Of a stretch of 64,000 nucleotides of DNA, positions 1 to 12,409 are shown one piece after another (position 1 is the stretch's first letter; the number at the start of each line of letters is the position of its first letter). A program made the translations under genes and the position numbers. Source of the stretch: Iphione sp. A-MEVVRFRX5. Taxonomy: Eukaryota. The DNA lies in the NCBI GenBank assembly GCA_976226885.1, contig OZ320322.1:42532001-42596000 (forward strand). Direction: 5' to 3'. The notes below the pieces were generated by a model, which saw nothing but the letters and a program-made list of their open reading frames with translations, made no database searches and had not been told where the DNA came from.

Positions 1-3000
1 ACAGTGAGAGTCCAAAGGCCACTAAAGGTTACTGCTGTGTTGCTGGTGAATAGGGGTCGATAAAGGTTAGGTCATACCTTGTTAGACCAATCAATTTGCT
101 GTTTATTGTGGTCTTGCGTTTACTTACATAGCTAACCCCTTTTTATTAAGAGAACCGGTCTATTGTGCAACAGACGCCACTGCCACCTGTAAGTTGAGAC
201 GTCTATAAGAACTCGATGAAATATTTGATGATTGTATCTCCTAATCCTGTCAAATACACACATATGCATGCACACATAAGCACACAGGTGTCTAGGAACT
301 CCAGTACTCACTCTCAGTATATCCGACAAACTATGCTCATCTTACTTTAGGCGTAAGTAATAATGGGGTGGGTCAATACTTGCCTTTAACCTTTTAAATG
401 GAACTTAATGTAGTAGTCAATATTTCAACAGCATAGATTAAGTGCAATAATTTAGAAGAGAGGAACGCTTTGGTTCCAGGCCAGGGAGGCATTTTCCACA
501 TGTCTACGTGTTTACTTTATTATCCTCTGGGAGATTAGAATCGTAATCTGAAAATGTTCCAACTAATTTTTTATAGATTTAATTGTTGAAGCATGGTTTC
601 CCGTACGTTGAGGTGAGACCTACAACTCCATCACCTCCACTCTCCATATAAAAGAGACTCCAATGTCAAATCAAAATTAGCAAGTCAGAATCAAGACAAG
701 GTACCAGGTAATTTTGCCCTTATCTTCCAGATGCCATGCTAGCTGAGTTGCTGTATTATAGAAATTAAATAAATAAATATTTTATTCATTCCTAACGGAC
801 AGTTTTCATGATGTGAAATATAAGTACAAGATCATGTCTGATACTTTTCCGACATAATCAGGGTGAGATGAGATGATATGACTTATACATTTATATAGGA
901 AGTACATTGAATAGTAGAGTGTTATTGATTTGATATTTATAGCAAGAAGTAAACCCAAATTGCACTAGTATTTAACATTGCACATAGAGCTTGCCGCCCA
1001 GCTAATGCTCAGATTGAACTCTTTCGGATGAAATTAATCCATTGCGACCGCCCCAACTAGCCTTTCATTGTATTTACGCTCCTTGTTAGGTTGTCTACAG
1101 GATGAGTTGCTACTGTTATTTTCCACAAAATTAAGAAACGTTAGGTGTCGATGTCTACATAAGATTTTTTTGTCGTCACAAATCTCTTGTGCCTTTCTTG
1201 CGCTATGAATGAAACTGACATCTATTCTACAGGGAAGATAGTTTCTTTTTGGATTTGACTCCAAACATCCCCATCTCTCCTCATCGTACTTGATGTAGCA
1301 AAGAAATGGCTTCCACTGCTGTTTGTAGGAATGTGAAGCGACCAAGCCTGCCTCACTGCAAGAAAAGATTACAGTAAGAAAGGGCGTTATGAAGTGTCCA
1401 TTAAAACTACTCGAGACAACTTTAATCCCACAAAAAGGCTTGGGAAAGTGCTAGCCGTGGAAGCAATAAGGGAAGGGTAACAGCACCAGGATGAAGAGAA
1501 ATCATCACCTGCTTAGGGCCTCAGTTATCGCCCTGTAAGCGTTCTTTTCGGCGTCCATCTGTCTGGACTGACAGCAGCGCCATTTACTAATGGCAACAGA
1601 CTGCCATAGGCGCCATGTGGCTCTTATTGAGCCAGTGCTGTCAATGGGCACGACTGGAGGAAGCAAAAAGAATCCAGAGTCTGAAGGCAATGACATTTTT
1701 ACGGTATGATTGAGGAGATCAAGACATGGAGAATAATAGAAATTGCATCCTCTTGGAATTTTATATGTAGGTCTTCCCAGCCGGAAAGTTGGCCGGGGAG
1801 ACTGGAATTGGCCAGGGAACGTTGGTTTGGAGGAAATCCATGTTTCTTCGTTGGCAGCAAACAACATATTACATTGGATTCTCTTCGTAGTCACCTTTCC
1901 GTACCCATATTCTAGTTGTAGATCTGTTGTCATGAAGCACTAAGTGTCCTACACACTATGCCCCCGTCCTTTCGACTGTTCACCAAGGGCGCTGCATGTG
2001 TGGTGGATCCACATCGAAATTTAAAAATCACTGATGGACCCACCGAGTTATACCGTGCCTCCTTTCCGAATCGTTTAACCATGCCAGTCTTATTTGATTG
2101 CTTAGAGACGCCTAACAGAATATTTGCGGTGTTCTAAAGGGAAAAACATCACGTCCTTCTCAGGAAAGGAAACCATATCTGCAAGATCATGTTAACTGCC
2201 CAACGAAAGCCATAAGCAGTAATATTTTCTGCTTAATTAACGAAGGTTACCAAAGAGTTATAGCACAAACTGACATACAGTGAAATGAATGGAAGATACA
2301 AAGGATTAAAGTGCCCAAACAACACCTTTCTAATCGAAAAAACATGCCTAGTTATGCAAACCAGAAGCATCAAAAGTCAGAATATTTCAATGTAAAAAGG
2401 TCGGCTACGGTTCCTAAAAGGTGGGGATCTTGAAATATACCCCTGTTTCGACTGTAGTCAAGCTAGGTACTATGATGGAGAGTATATTCCATCAAAACAG
2501 GGTCTTCCACCGGTAGATTCTAATAAGAATAAATTTCTTGTCGGTGCAGTCCAGATAGAAAGGCGAACAATCTATCCAAATTATGTTGGCTCACACTGTC
2601 TGACATCATCCGCTCCGTTACCATAGTGAAGTCGTGTTTACTCCGTCATTGACAAAACTCACATGCTTGGTTTAATCTTTCTAATGTTCTAATGTTGGTT
2701 AGTTCTCTATTTAAATAATGTTGAGACGGCTGTGTGAGCTTCTAACGTGACCAAAAGCCTGGAACGGCTGTTTATGTAAAATAAAACGCCAGCGTGTTAG
2801 GTGTACACGTCGCCGCCTTCGCTCCTGAACGAAGCGATGATAACACTTTCCTTTGTGTCCCATGTTGCTTTCTTGTTTACCAGCGCCTTAACTGATGCCG
2901 TCATCGTGCGCAGCTTTATGAATTGTTTAAGATGCTTTGACATCACCATTCAAACGTCAAAGAAAATAAGATGGCGTTCGGCATTGCCATTCAGATTTTA

Positions 3001-5195
3001 ATGTCGTGCATAAGGTGTCTACGACATTTGCCAGGATGTATATGAGACAATAGGATGGGTATGGGGCAATGCGAAATAGATGTAGAGGACATGGGGGAAT
3101 GATTATACGAAATATAGAAATGCATACGGATGAGATGGGAGGATACATAGAAGACGGTATACACATACATTAGAGGATGCTCAGACGATGGTAAGATGTA
3201 GGGGAAAGAGTGACATACACCGGAAACAGCATTATATGAAAACAATGACAGGAAATACACTTTTTAGAGAATTCTTACTAGATTTTACATGTGATATCTA
3301 TGTTTTAGTGTAAATAAGAGGACCTAACAATAACTTAAACTCTTCGATTATTTATATTTGGGTGGCATATTTCCTCTGTGTCATTAATTTTACTGACTTC
3401 AGAATCGTTTTGACACCTTTCTTCAATGAATGCGTTCATCGATGCAGAACATGATTATTTGATTATGTATTCCCGACATACCTAGTGTAATGTGCTTGAA
3501 ATATTGGCGACTGTATCTCGTATTATGCTCTACAGGTGAATCGGAGGTCTTCGTGTTTCTGTATAAAATAAAATGTTCCGCTTCAAAACCTTATTCGGAG
3601 TGAAGGTGGCACCTGGGGTCATGGAAGATGGATGTGTAGGGCAATAATGTCAAACAACTATCGAGAAAATATGAAATTTAAATGAAGTAGCCTATTTCTT
3701 TCGATTTGCTGACCTTTCACTCATCCTTTAGGGCGGGCCACCATTTGTAGTAGATAGACTTACCTCGATCCCCGGCTTTCTGAGAGATCCAAGTGTTCTC
3801 TGGTCATTTCATTACTTGAACATTCCTGCCTCATACATTTTTCTATGATTTTCTTCTGGGATTTTAAATCAGATTTCCTAAAATAGTCATTAGCATTGAT
3901 GTGACTCTTATTATATGAACAAATAAACTATTTCCTGTTCTTAATGTGGAGCCATGCTGATACCTTTAAGGTATTTTATTTGAAGGATATTCAAGTTGAT
4001 TGGCAGCCATAGTGTTTTTTTTTTAAAACTCTGAGGCTTCAGGCTTTGAAGTCTCGGGGAGACACCCTTTGTCCATTCCTGGTACTAAAGTTAGTGAGTT
4101 ACATGAACTTACCAGTGAAATGTGACCTTGATTTTGTATGAGGATAAGGACACAGGTGTCTATCTACCCACCTTCCCCCCTCAATCATGTGGGTATCATT
4201 ACTTTCCTTCATCCTCATAGGCTTCTTTCTCATCTTATTGCTGTGGGGTTCCTGACTTCTTTGAAAAGTGAGATCCAAGATGGCTGACTGTGGTGGGGCC
4301 ACTGGACTGTAGAGTATTTAGTAATTAGTGTTATCAATGTAGACACAAAAGCTTGCAGATTGTATTGCATTCGGCCACATTAAAGCAGACTGTTGTGGAA
4401 TTCCAAGTTGTGGTCTTTATTCCAAGTACTTAATAATACATTACTTTATCACACTTCATTACTTTCTTTGCTAATTGTCTTTACTTTATTATCCCTTGCT
4501 TCTGCTTCTTTTTGCTGTAATGGTTCGTGACTACATACTGATAATCACCTCCTTTTACAAAATCAGAGATTCATTCATTGTAAATACAGTGTATGTCAGG
4601 TTTTAATAATCTTACAACGGAGAGAGTCTTCCTGATCTTATTTTGATACTTTAATAATGACACTTCATTATCATGATGAGTGTCTATATCCTCCCTAGGA
4701 GAGCTTCTCCTTAATATGGTAGAGACGTTAGTACTGTAGCACAGTCAGAGAAGTTAGTACACTTGCACTAACGGGGGGGACGTCATTTTGTGTGTGCCAG
4801 TGGCACCACCTGCAAGTACATGTAGATACAAAGAATCTACATGTAGTTAGCCGTCAACTGAGTGTAAAACTGTGGAGGGCTCTTCCAGATAAGGTTCAGC
4901 TGTTTCCATAAGAGGCTGGTCCCTAAATTAGTGGCACCACTGTGACCTCTGGTTTAAATAATGTTACAATATATCTCAGCTCCTAATCTCTGATTAGTTG
5001 GTTGACTGGTGCCATTGGCAGCTAGTACTGGGGAGAAGATTTCTCCATAGCAATTTAAAGGATTCTGGTTGGCTAAGAGTGTTGTTAGTCTGATACAATA
5101 TAACTAAAATATTCTATAGTAGAGTTCAGTAGTTACAATGTGGCAAATATCTTTGTCACGTGTTCACATTTCTGCTAAATATACAGGTCTTGCAA

Positions 5196-5264
5196 GGCCA
5201 ATATGAGACTTGAAACCAGGACTCAGAGTCCCAGTACTTTATTCAACCCACAAACTACAACACT
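5196..5264 (-). mobile_element. Degenerate tRNA-Gln(CTG)-like / SINE-head remnant
   Basis: Minus strand reads ...CTGGGACTCTGAGTCCTGGTTTCAAGTCTC. This resembles the tRNA-Gln anticodon arm (GGACTCTGAATCC) and a B-box-like T-loop, with the variable region deleted. There is no intact cloverleaf. Confidence 0.25.
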
Positions 5265-5292
5265 ATTAGGTGAAAATGGTGTCGAGTTCTGA

Positions 5293-5381
5293 GGATACTA
5301 GTTTTTAAGGATATTACATTTCTTACAAATGAGTTTTAAGGATACCTAGTTTTTAAGGATACTACCGTTCTTACTAATGAG
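5293..5381. repeat. Two-copy ~47-bp tandem duplication
   Basis: ggatac(c)tagtttttaaggata(t/c)tac(a/c)(t/g)ttcttac(a/t)aatgag occurs at 5293 and again at 5340. Confidence 0.7.
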
Positions 5382-6727
5382 CATGTCTTAGTCACAAATG
5401 GTGAGGAGATGGTGTAGCAAGCTCTCCACGGATTTACGATGGAAGGTTTCTGTCCTCCTAGTAAGTGGTCTCCCCATTGTCTACTGCTAGGGGAGGATCC
5501 CATCCGGCATTAATAATACTCTACTTGAAGATCCGAGTGGATCGTGTGTGTGTAGGATTGTAGCTCTCGTTAAGGAGCTTACCTGTTTGGAGTAGATTTG
5601 CTTTTCATATATGGTGTACACCTGAGTGCTCTTCTTTGTAACACTAGTCATCAGTATCAACGATGATCCTAACTCATATTACTTTGCACATCGATTTAAA
5701 TTCCATCGATTATCAAGACCACCTGTACACCATGTTAGCAAACGCAGATGGTCCTCCTATGTAACTCATGGATTAAACGCGATCGACTCATGAAATCACG
5801 TCTGTAAGTTTATCCTTGAATGTTCCATAAAGGGGACTGACAAATATGCGCTTTATTAGATAAAGCAAATCTCCTTTAGCAATTTTCCATTACAATTTTA
5901 GGAAAGGCACTATGAGAGGTGACCAATTTCTAGTCACGTCTCTCCATAGATAATCTATTTCAAACATATAGCTGTGCCTAGTCAGGGACGTACGGTTATT
6001 TCATATTCATATGTACAAAAATCAATATGCAAAGATGTAAAGGCAGAGACTAGAGTAAGCAGTACCATCCAATGTATCAAGGCATAGATTGTGCAGGGCA
6101 GAACCAGCTTGCACACTAAATTCTCCTGTTTATACTGATAATAAAGTGCGTTCGTCGTTAAGCTGAATGAATTACAAAAGCAAACAACGTAATTGAAGAG
6201 ATCGATCTATGTTTTTCTTATACAATCGTTCGCCTATGACATTCTTATTTGCGAAAACACAAATTGGCAAAATTGATCGATCTAAATTTATAGTCTAGTC
6301 CAGGTTACCTTAGAAGTACCAATGTTATGCCTCAGTTGTCTCTATGCGACCTTATCCATAATAATAATTTCATTTGCCAATATCTCCCATATAATGGAAG
6401 TTCTTCAGAAGTGACAAAATTATATACACGGTGTAGTAATGGCACGTATTTCTAGCAAACACAGCATCCAGCGCAATAACAGCCTGTATTCCCATTAGCA
6501 CAGTATCCTAACTTACACTTAGTCTTCTAATAATTACTTCGGAATAGTTTCAATCGGAAATCTTTTTAATACGTGTCTTGAACGACACTGAGGTTTTACG
6601 TTGTTTCAATTCCTCTGATGATCTGTTGCAGCTTTTGATACCGACATTAAGGGTGTTCACATGTATCCATTTTATTTCAAAATGGATACGTCATGGATGA
6701 AAATACTACTATTTCCTTCACATGTAA

Positions 6728-7179
6728 CCAATAATATGGCTCCGTGGACGTTTTCAAAAACCCATTCAGGACGGATTTTGTACTGACATAGATCTGCTGT
6801 AAATATAGGCAGCAGAAGGTTCATCAGTTCCTTGTATGGGAAACATTGTGCAGAATTCATAGCATGTATGAAGATGCCAAGCTAACTTGTATGCGAAAAG
6901 GTAAACTAGATAAGGGAACACTACTCGTTTGAAAGATTTCATTAAGCCTTGAGAATTTGTCAGAATATCAATTAAGAAGCCGTTCACATGTATCTGTGCA
7001 AAAAAAAAAATCACAGATCCGCGACCGTAGATACCCCCTCTGGGGTATCCATAGGTGTGTGGTTTACATATGACACCAAATGTCCATTCACCACTGCCTC
7101 CTATGGAAAGCAGATCCATGTCAGTGCAAAATCCGTCCTGAATGGGTTTTTGAAAACGTCCATGGAGCCATATTAATGG
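6728..7179. mobile_element. Non-autonomous piggyBac-like MITE (452 bp)
   Basis: Terminal inverted repeats of 71 bp (6728-6798 vs 7109-7179, 4 mismatches) with CC...GG termini. Flanks are GTAA (6724-6727) and TTAA (7180-7183). TTAA|CC is the established piggyBac signature. No coding capacity. Confidence 0.7.
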
Positions 7180-7183
7180 TTAA

Positions 7184-7412
7184 ACCACCCCTGCCGCCGC
7201 CTTCTCTCTATAACCCTACCATCCCCTGAGGACATTATATTGGGTAATGATCCTGTTGATTGTCTCTTAGAGGGAGGCCTGTTGTTTTCAACTTCCCTGA
7301 CGAAATGTGGTGAGGATTGGGTGGGGATTCGAACCTGGGTCATCAGAATGAGCTCGGTCTCCATACATAGCCAACACAGAGTCAGCACTCCTACCCACTG
7401 CTCCACAGAGGC
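7184..7412 (-). mobile_element. tRNA-derived SINE
   Basis: Minus strand has an A-box-like TGGAGCAGTGG (plus 7396-7406) and a canonical B-box GGTTCGAATCCC (plus gggattcgaacc near 7324-7335), followed by about 140 bp of non-tRNA body. The 3' boundary is uncertain. Confidence 0.5.
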
Positions 7413-7555
7413 TGTACAAAGATTGAACCATATCTCTTGGATTCATTGCAGGGGTAAAGATGAAGAATGTTTATAAATCATTTATTTTTCAATGAAATTT
7501 ACTTTCAAGAATTTGTTAATGTTGGGGGAGACCCTCCACACCCCCCCTTTTTTGT

Positions 7556-7707
7556 AATATTTTCATGAATTAATTACATCATTAGCATGACCCAGGAAAT
7601 ATTTGCCACTTTTTTATGAATTCAATGCATTTTTAGCTGAACCTCCAGTAATATTTGCCACTTTTCATGAATTAAATGCATCTTTAGCATTGCCTCCAGA
7701 AATATTT
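7556..7707. repeat. ~51-52 bp tandem repeat, about 3 copies
   Basis: aatattt(gccac) recurs at 7598, 7650 and 7701, with shared ttt(c/t)atgaatt(a/c)aatgcat...tagc...cca blocks. A partial unit starts at 7556. Confidence 0.65.
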
Positions 7708-8199
7708 CTTCTTTCCTTCCATTAGTGTGGGCGGAGACCCCCCACATCCCCCTTTCTCCTTTTTTTCAAATTTCTTACTTTTTTCACAATCATGACAGCC
7801 TTTCTTCCATTATAGAGGGGAGCACATTATATTTTCATTCCTTTCTAATGTACAACTGATCTCAGGAGTTGAAAGCCTCCTCCATTGATCCATGACTTCT
7901 TTACTGAGAGGGGGGCATGAGAGCCACCTCAGCTCTCGCCTCGGTGGACTCATGCTTCTTGACTGTTCCTCAAATCGCTCAGTTGAGGGAGAGGGTGGTT
8001 TAAATGAGATAAAATCCTCGGAACCGGGTCCACTCTATAAACAACTGGGCTTCGCCTCATAGTTTATATTGTGTAAACCCAGGTCCTCGTACGTTATCCA
8101 TATTGCAGAACTTTTTCTGTATACCAGGCAGAAAATATGCTCCATAGTTGATATGGGATTTATTAATACCTCCATTAATATGTAGAAACAACATTCTGT

Positions 8200-8950
8200 G
8201 ATTCTTAGTTCCAGAGGTACAAGAGCAACAAAATCTGGACATGTGGTGGGATACATTGGAAAAATGTGTGACGTCACCAATCTAAATGGTCGCCCCCTCC
8301 TTTCAGACGGAGAAGCAAAATGGCATCAGGATATAACATGCAAATGATTTATCGGACGAGAAACAATTTCCTAGTATCGATATAATCTAAACGTCATTAT
8401 CCCCATGCAGTGCACAGACAGATAAATGTTCAGCCAATTACCAAGCGAAAACAATTTTCCAAATTACAGAGCCACACGCCAAGGCTAGTTATTGACACAC
8501 TCTTTTAAGTAGATCTCTTCATCCTCAGTAGAATTCCCCGGATAAATTTGAGTGCCAGTTAAGGGACATGCAGGCAGGGAAGACATACCTGATTAGGCAG
8601 GGATGGGTGGAAATTAAAGGACGGACGGAGGCTAAGAGTGTATGAAGTCTGTGTCGATAAGCGGAGGGACTGGTGCGGGCTGAAGGGTCTGGCTTTGTTG
8701 ACTGGTCGCGGTGTGTTCATTAGCAGGAACTGAAAGCAAGGGTCACTGTGCAAGGACCGTGTGAGAGGGATGTGAGTGCCAAACTGGGACTGGTGTGCAG
8801 GCAGGAATGTATGGTCTGGCAGGAACTGGGGTGTAAAAAGGTTCTGTGTATGCAAAGGTTGGTGCGCGACCAAAGTGGATCCATTTTTTTTGACGAGGTA
8901 GTTGGGAAGTTACAGTGGCCACCAGCACGAAGCGCGTCGTGTCATAATTG
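8200..8950 (-). pseudogene. Decayed Pro/Thr-rich ORF ending in a possible BEN-domain-like segment
   Basis: Manual minus-strand translation gives a P/T/S-rich linker, then EDEEIYLKECVNN*PWRVAL*FGKLFSLGNWLNIYLSVHCMG and, after a frameshift, IDTRKLFLVR*IICMLYP. This resembles the BEN pattern LF..EEL..SSV.G...LD..KL..I...V...YP. Several stops are present and the resemblance is by eye only. Confidence 0.3.
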
Positions 8951-9590
8951 AGCCGTGCTTTAGTTTCAACGGCTATCATTGTTACTGTTATTATTACTTA
9001 CATTGCTGTTATTGTTCAAATTACCTCTTTGCTGCTATATTTGCTTCATACAACAAATTCGATCATTCAAAATAATAATTGAAATGGATGTGATCCTGTA
9101 ACTACAAGTAAAATTGGAACGAGTATTCGGTATATGCTATAATGTGTTGGCAGGTAGTATACCTTGAATGTCTACTAAATTCACAAAAATCATTAACAAA
9201 GGTAGCTAGCGAGCGTTCTGTTGTAACTAACAAAGTAAGTATTGCTATTGGTAAATGGCCCCACTTGCTATGTTGTAAGATTATCACTGTTGGTAATAAA
9301 TGAAATTTTTGATTGGTATACATATGTTGGTTTTTTCGTTACAAGATTGAACCTTAATATTGATATTGCCTCGCTCGGGCGGACGGTGAGTACATAGTCG
9401 ATTAATTGTTTGTATTTAATTTTTTGTTAATTTATATTGTAATATAAAATGGTGTTAGAAATTCGTGTAAAAATGTACTGTTTACTTGAAGTGTCTGAGA
9501 CTAAAATATTAGTATTTGAAGTATGTTTCATAGGTAACACGAAATATGGGACGGAGACAATTGAGCATGGGATAACCTGGTGCTGGCTGA

Positions 9591-12407
9591 GTGAACTTCA
9601 GAGGATCAATGACTGGTAACGATATTGTGAGCATCTATCATATCAATATACGGAGTATGAAAGGTAAGACTGCAGAATTCAATCTATTATTTAGGAGAGT
9701 GTTACCGGACTATTTCATCGTCAGTGAGACATGGCTGAGCCCTGATTACCCTAGCGGACTATTCGAGCAACCTAATTATAGTATGTGCAGGGTTGACAGA
9801 CTAAACAGACGGGGTGGAGGATTATTGATATATTACAAAAAAAGCATAAACCTGGATACCTTACCTCATTTAAATACAATTGATGATGACATTGAAACTT
9901 GTGTAACAAAGACATCCGTAACAAAGAACTTTGCCTTTTATATAATAGCGTGTTATAGACCACCACACGGAAATTTGTCTAATGCCATTGATAAACTACA
10001 ATGTATAATTAATATTATCAGACACAAGGATAAGACAAAAATATTGTTGATCGGTGACTTAAATGTGGACTGGTCAAAGCGTAACAATCCTAAATTTAAA
10101 TTGCTTGACTTTTGTCGAGAAAATGATTTAGACCAATGTACCAGTGAACCGACCAGGGTAACCTATAATTCTAAAAGTATTATTGATTTGTGTATTACAA
10201 ATATCCCCGGATTGATATGCAAAATATTACCAGAAAGTATTAGTGATCATAACCTGGTAGAGGTGATAATAAAGATAAGGGAGAAGAGGAGCATTGAATA
10301 TTTTATGAAAAAAATATATGATTACAAGAACATCGATATAAATGAATTGAACCGAAACTTAATTGAACTAACCTGGGATGCATTCTATGAGATTGATGAT
10401 ATAGATGAAAAATGGGAATTATTTGAAAGCAAAGCTACAAAGGTAGTGAACTCGATATGCAGTGTGAAGACAATTAGGATGAGGACTGATGCCCCCAGCT
10501 GGATAAATGGGGAATTTTTAGACTTAGTTCGGAAAAAACATCAAGCCTATAAGAAATACCACAATAGTGGTGTGATCAGTGATAGAATGGAAGCAAAACG
10601 ACTGGGGGCAGATGTTGTTCGACTAGGTCGGAAGTTAAAGAGAAATTTTATACGAACTAAGCTGGACATGGTAAAGGATAAACCACTGAAATTCTGGAAA
10701 GATCTAAAGTGTGAGCTAGGATTAAATAGGAAAAACACTGATATCACATTTAATGGGAGTGATGATAAAAAGCAGAGTGTGAATATATTAAATGATCACT
10801 TTGTGGAAACAGGTGAAAGAATTGCGTGTACTCTACCTAGCACTATAATGGAAGTATATCATCCATCAAATACTGATAACATTGTCATTCGGGAGATAGG
10901 TGGTTACGAAATGTGGAGGATTATACGGTCTCTTCCTGATAATAAAGCAAGTCTTATGTCTAACATACCTATAAAAATATGGAAGGAGATATGGATGACC
11001 CTTGACACCGAGCTGGAACATGTGATTAATCTGAGTTTAAAAAATGGTTATGTGCCTAGGAAGTGGAAAATAGCCTATGTAACGCCCCTACATAAGAGTG
11101 GACCGTGTGATGATCCAAACAATTTTAGGCCAATAAGTCAGTTACCTGTCATATCAAAACTCATTGAGAAATATATATATCAAAATATAATGGATTATTT
11201 AGAAAAAAGAAGCTTGATTACCAACTCTCAACACGGGTTCAGACAGGGGAGAGGAACGGATACCGCAATATACAAATTAATAAACACTATTCATCAGAAA
11301 TTAAACAACAACGATAAAGTCTCAGTAGGATATATAGATTTTTCAAAAGCTTTCGACTCGGTATCACATGAAATCATACTAAGGAAGATGAGTATGCTTG
11401 GACTGGGCCCGATCGTTAAATGGATGTCAAGTTATCTATCAGAAAGGTATCAGATCACAAAAATTGGATATACAGAGTCGAACAAAAGGCGAATAACATG
11501 CGGTGTGCCACAAGGGTCTGTCCTTGGACCTTTACTGTTCGCGATTTTCATCAATGACCTTCCTAGTGTTACTGAAAATAGTGAAGTAATAATATACGCT
11601 GATGACGTGGCTGTAGTGTGTATGGGAAAAACACAGCAAGACAGTGACCGAATATTGCAGGAGGAATTAGACAAAATTCAAAAATGGGCCAACATTAATA
11701 GAATATTGATCAATAAGAAAAAGACTAAAGTCATGAAATTTGGTAGATATAGGGGAGCTAATAATCATAAAATGGAAATCTTAATAAGTGGAATACCAAT
11801 AGAGGAGGTAAGGGTTTTTCGTTATTTAGGAATTCTCATAGATGCTGATCTGTCCTGGGCCCCGTATATGAAGGAATTGCTATCCAAAGGATACTCAAAA
11901 TTAAAATATTTTCGTTATATTAGGAAATTCATTGATACAAACTTGGCAATATTTGTTTTGCGTACAATGATAATACCAATTGTTGAATACGGGAACTTTA
12001 TTATTGGTAACTTCAAAGGACGGTTAATTCAGAAATTAATAACACTGCGTAGACAATGCTACAGGATTGCTTTTTGGCCATATTCTCCACCTAGCAGGGA
12101 GCAAGTGATTGACGAACTAACTGGCAATATAAATTCAACTATATTTCGCCTTGGATACCAGAGTATGCAGTATAGGGGAAATGAGGTAGTATCAGAATTG
12201 GGTATAACAAGGTCTAGAAAGAAAAGACAGATACCGTTAATATGGCCTAGGAAGGAATCCTTTAGAAAATCGCCTGTATATCGTTTTCAAAAAATCTGGC
12301 AATCCTTATCTGTGAACGAGAGTAATCAACCATATATGGGTATGAAGACTATGTGGAAGAAAATGAGATATAACAAGAAGATAAGGAGTGATTTCAGAGT
12401 ACCATGA
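9591..12407 (+). CDS. LINE ORF2 protein: apurinic endonuclease + reverse transcriptase (938 aa from GTG; first ATG at 9609)
   Basis: APE motifs: HINIRS, VSETWL, DRLNRRGGG, CYRPP, GDLNVD, PTR...IIDL, SDHNLV. RT motifs: WKIAYVTPLHK, FRPISQL, QHGFR, DFSKAFDSV, GVPQGSVLGPLLF, YADD, YLGILID. No C-terminal CCHC finger, as in CR1/L2-group elements. No stops or frameshifts. Confidence 0.97.
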   Translation: MNFRGSMTGNDIVSIYHINIRSMKGKTAEFNLLFRRVLPDYFIVSETWLSPDYPSGLFEQPNYSMCRVDRLNRRGGGLLIYYKKSINLDTLPHLNTIDDDIETCVTKTSVTKNFAFYIIACYRPPHGNLSNAIDKLQCIINIIRHKDKTKILLIGDLNVDWSKRNNPKFKLLDFCRENDLDQCTSEPTRVTYNSKSIIDLCITNIPGLICKILPESISDHNLVEVIIKIREKRSIEYFMKKIYDYKNIDINELNRNLIELTWDAFYEIDDIDEKWELFESKATKVVNSICSVKTIRMRTDAPSWINGEFLDLVRKKHQAYKKYHNSGVISDRMEAKRLGADVVRLGRKLKRNFIRTKLDMVKDKPLKFWKDLKCELGLNRKNTDITFNGSDDKKQSVNILNDHFVETGERIACTLPSTIMEVYHPSNTDNIVIREIGGYEMWRIIRSLPDNKASLMSNIPIKIWKEIWMTLDTELEHVINLSLKNGYVPRKWKIAYVTPLHKSGPCDDPNNFRPISQLPVISKLIEKYIYQNIMDYLEKRSLITNSQHGFRQGRGTDTAIYKLINTIHQKLNNNDKVSVGYIDFSKAFDSVSHEIILRKMSMLGLGPIVKWMSSYLSERYQITKIGYTESNKRRITCGVPQGSVLGPLLFAIFINDLPSVTENSEVIIYADDVAVVCMGKTQQDSDRILQEELDKIQKWANINRILINKKKTKVMKFGRYRGANNHKMEILISGIPIEEVRVFRYLGILIDADLSWAPYMKELLSKGYSKLKYFRYIRKFIDTNLAIFVLRTMIIPIVEYGNFIIGNFKGRLIQKLITLRRQCYRIAFWPYSPPSREQVIDELTGNINSTIFRLGYQSMQYRGNEVVSELGITRSRKKRQIPLIWPRKESFRKSPVYRFQKIWQSLSVNESNQPYMGMKTMWKKMRYNKKIRSDFRVP

Positions 12408-12409
12408 AC

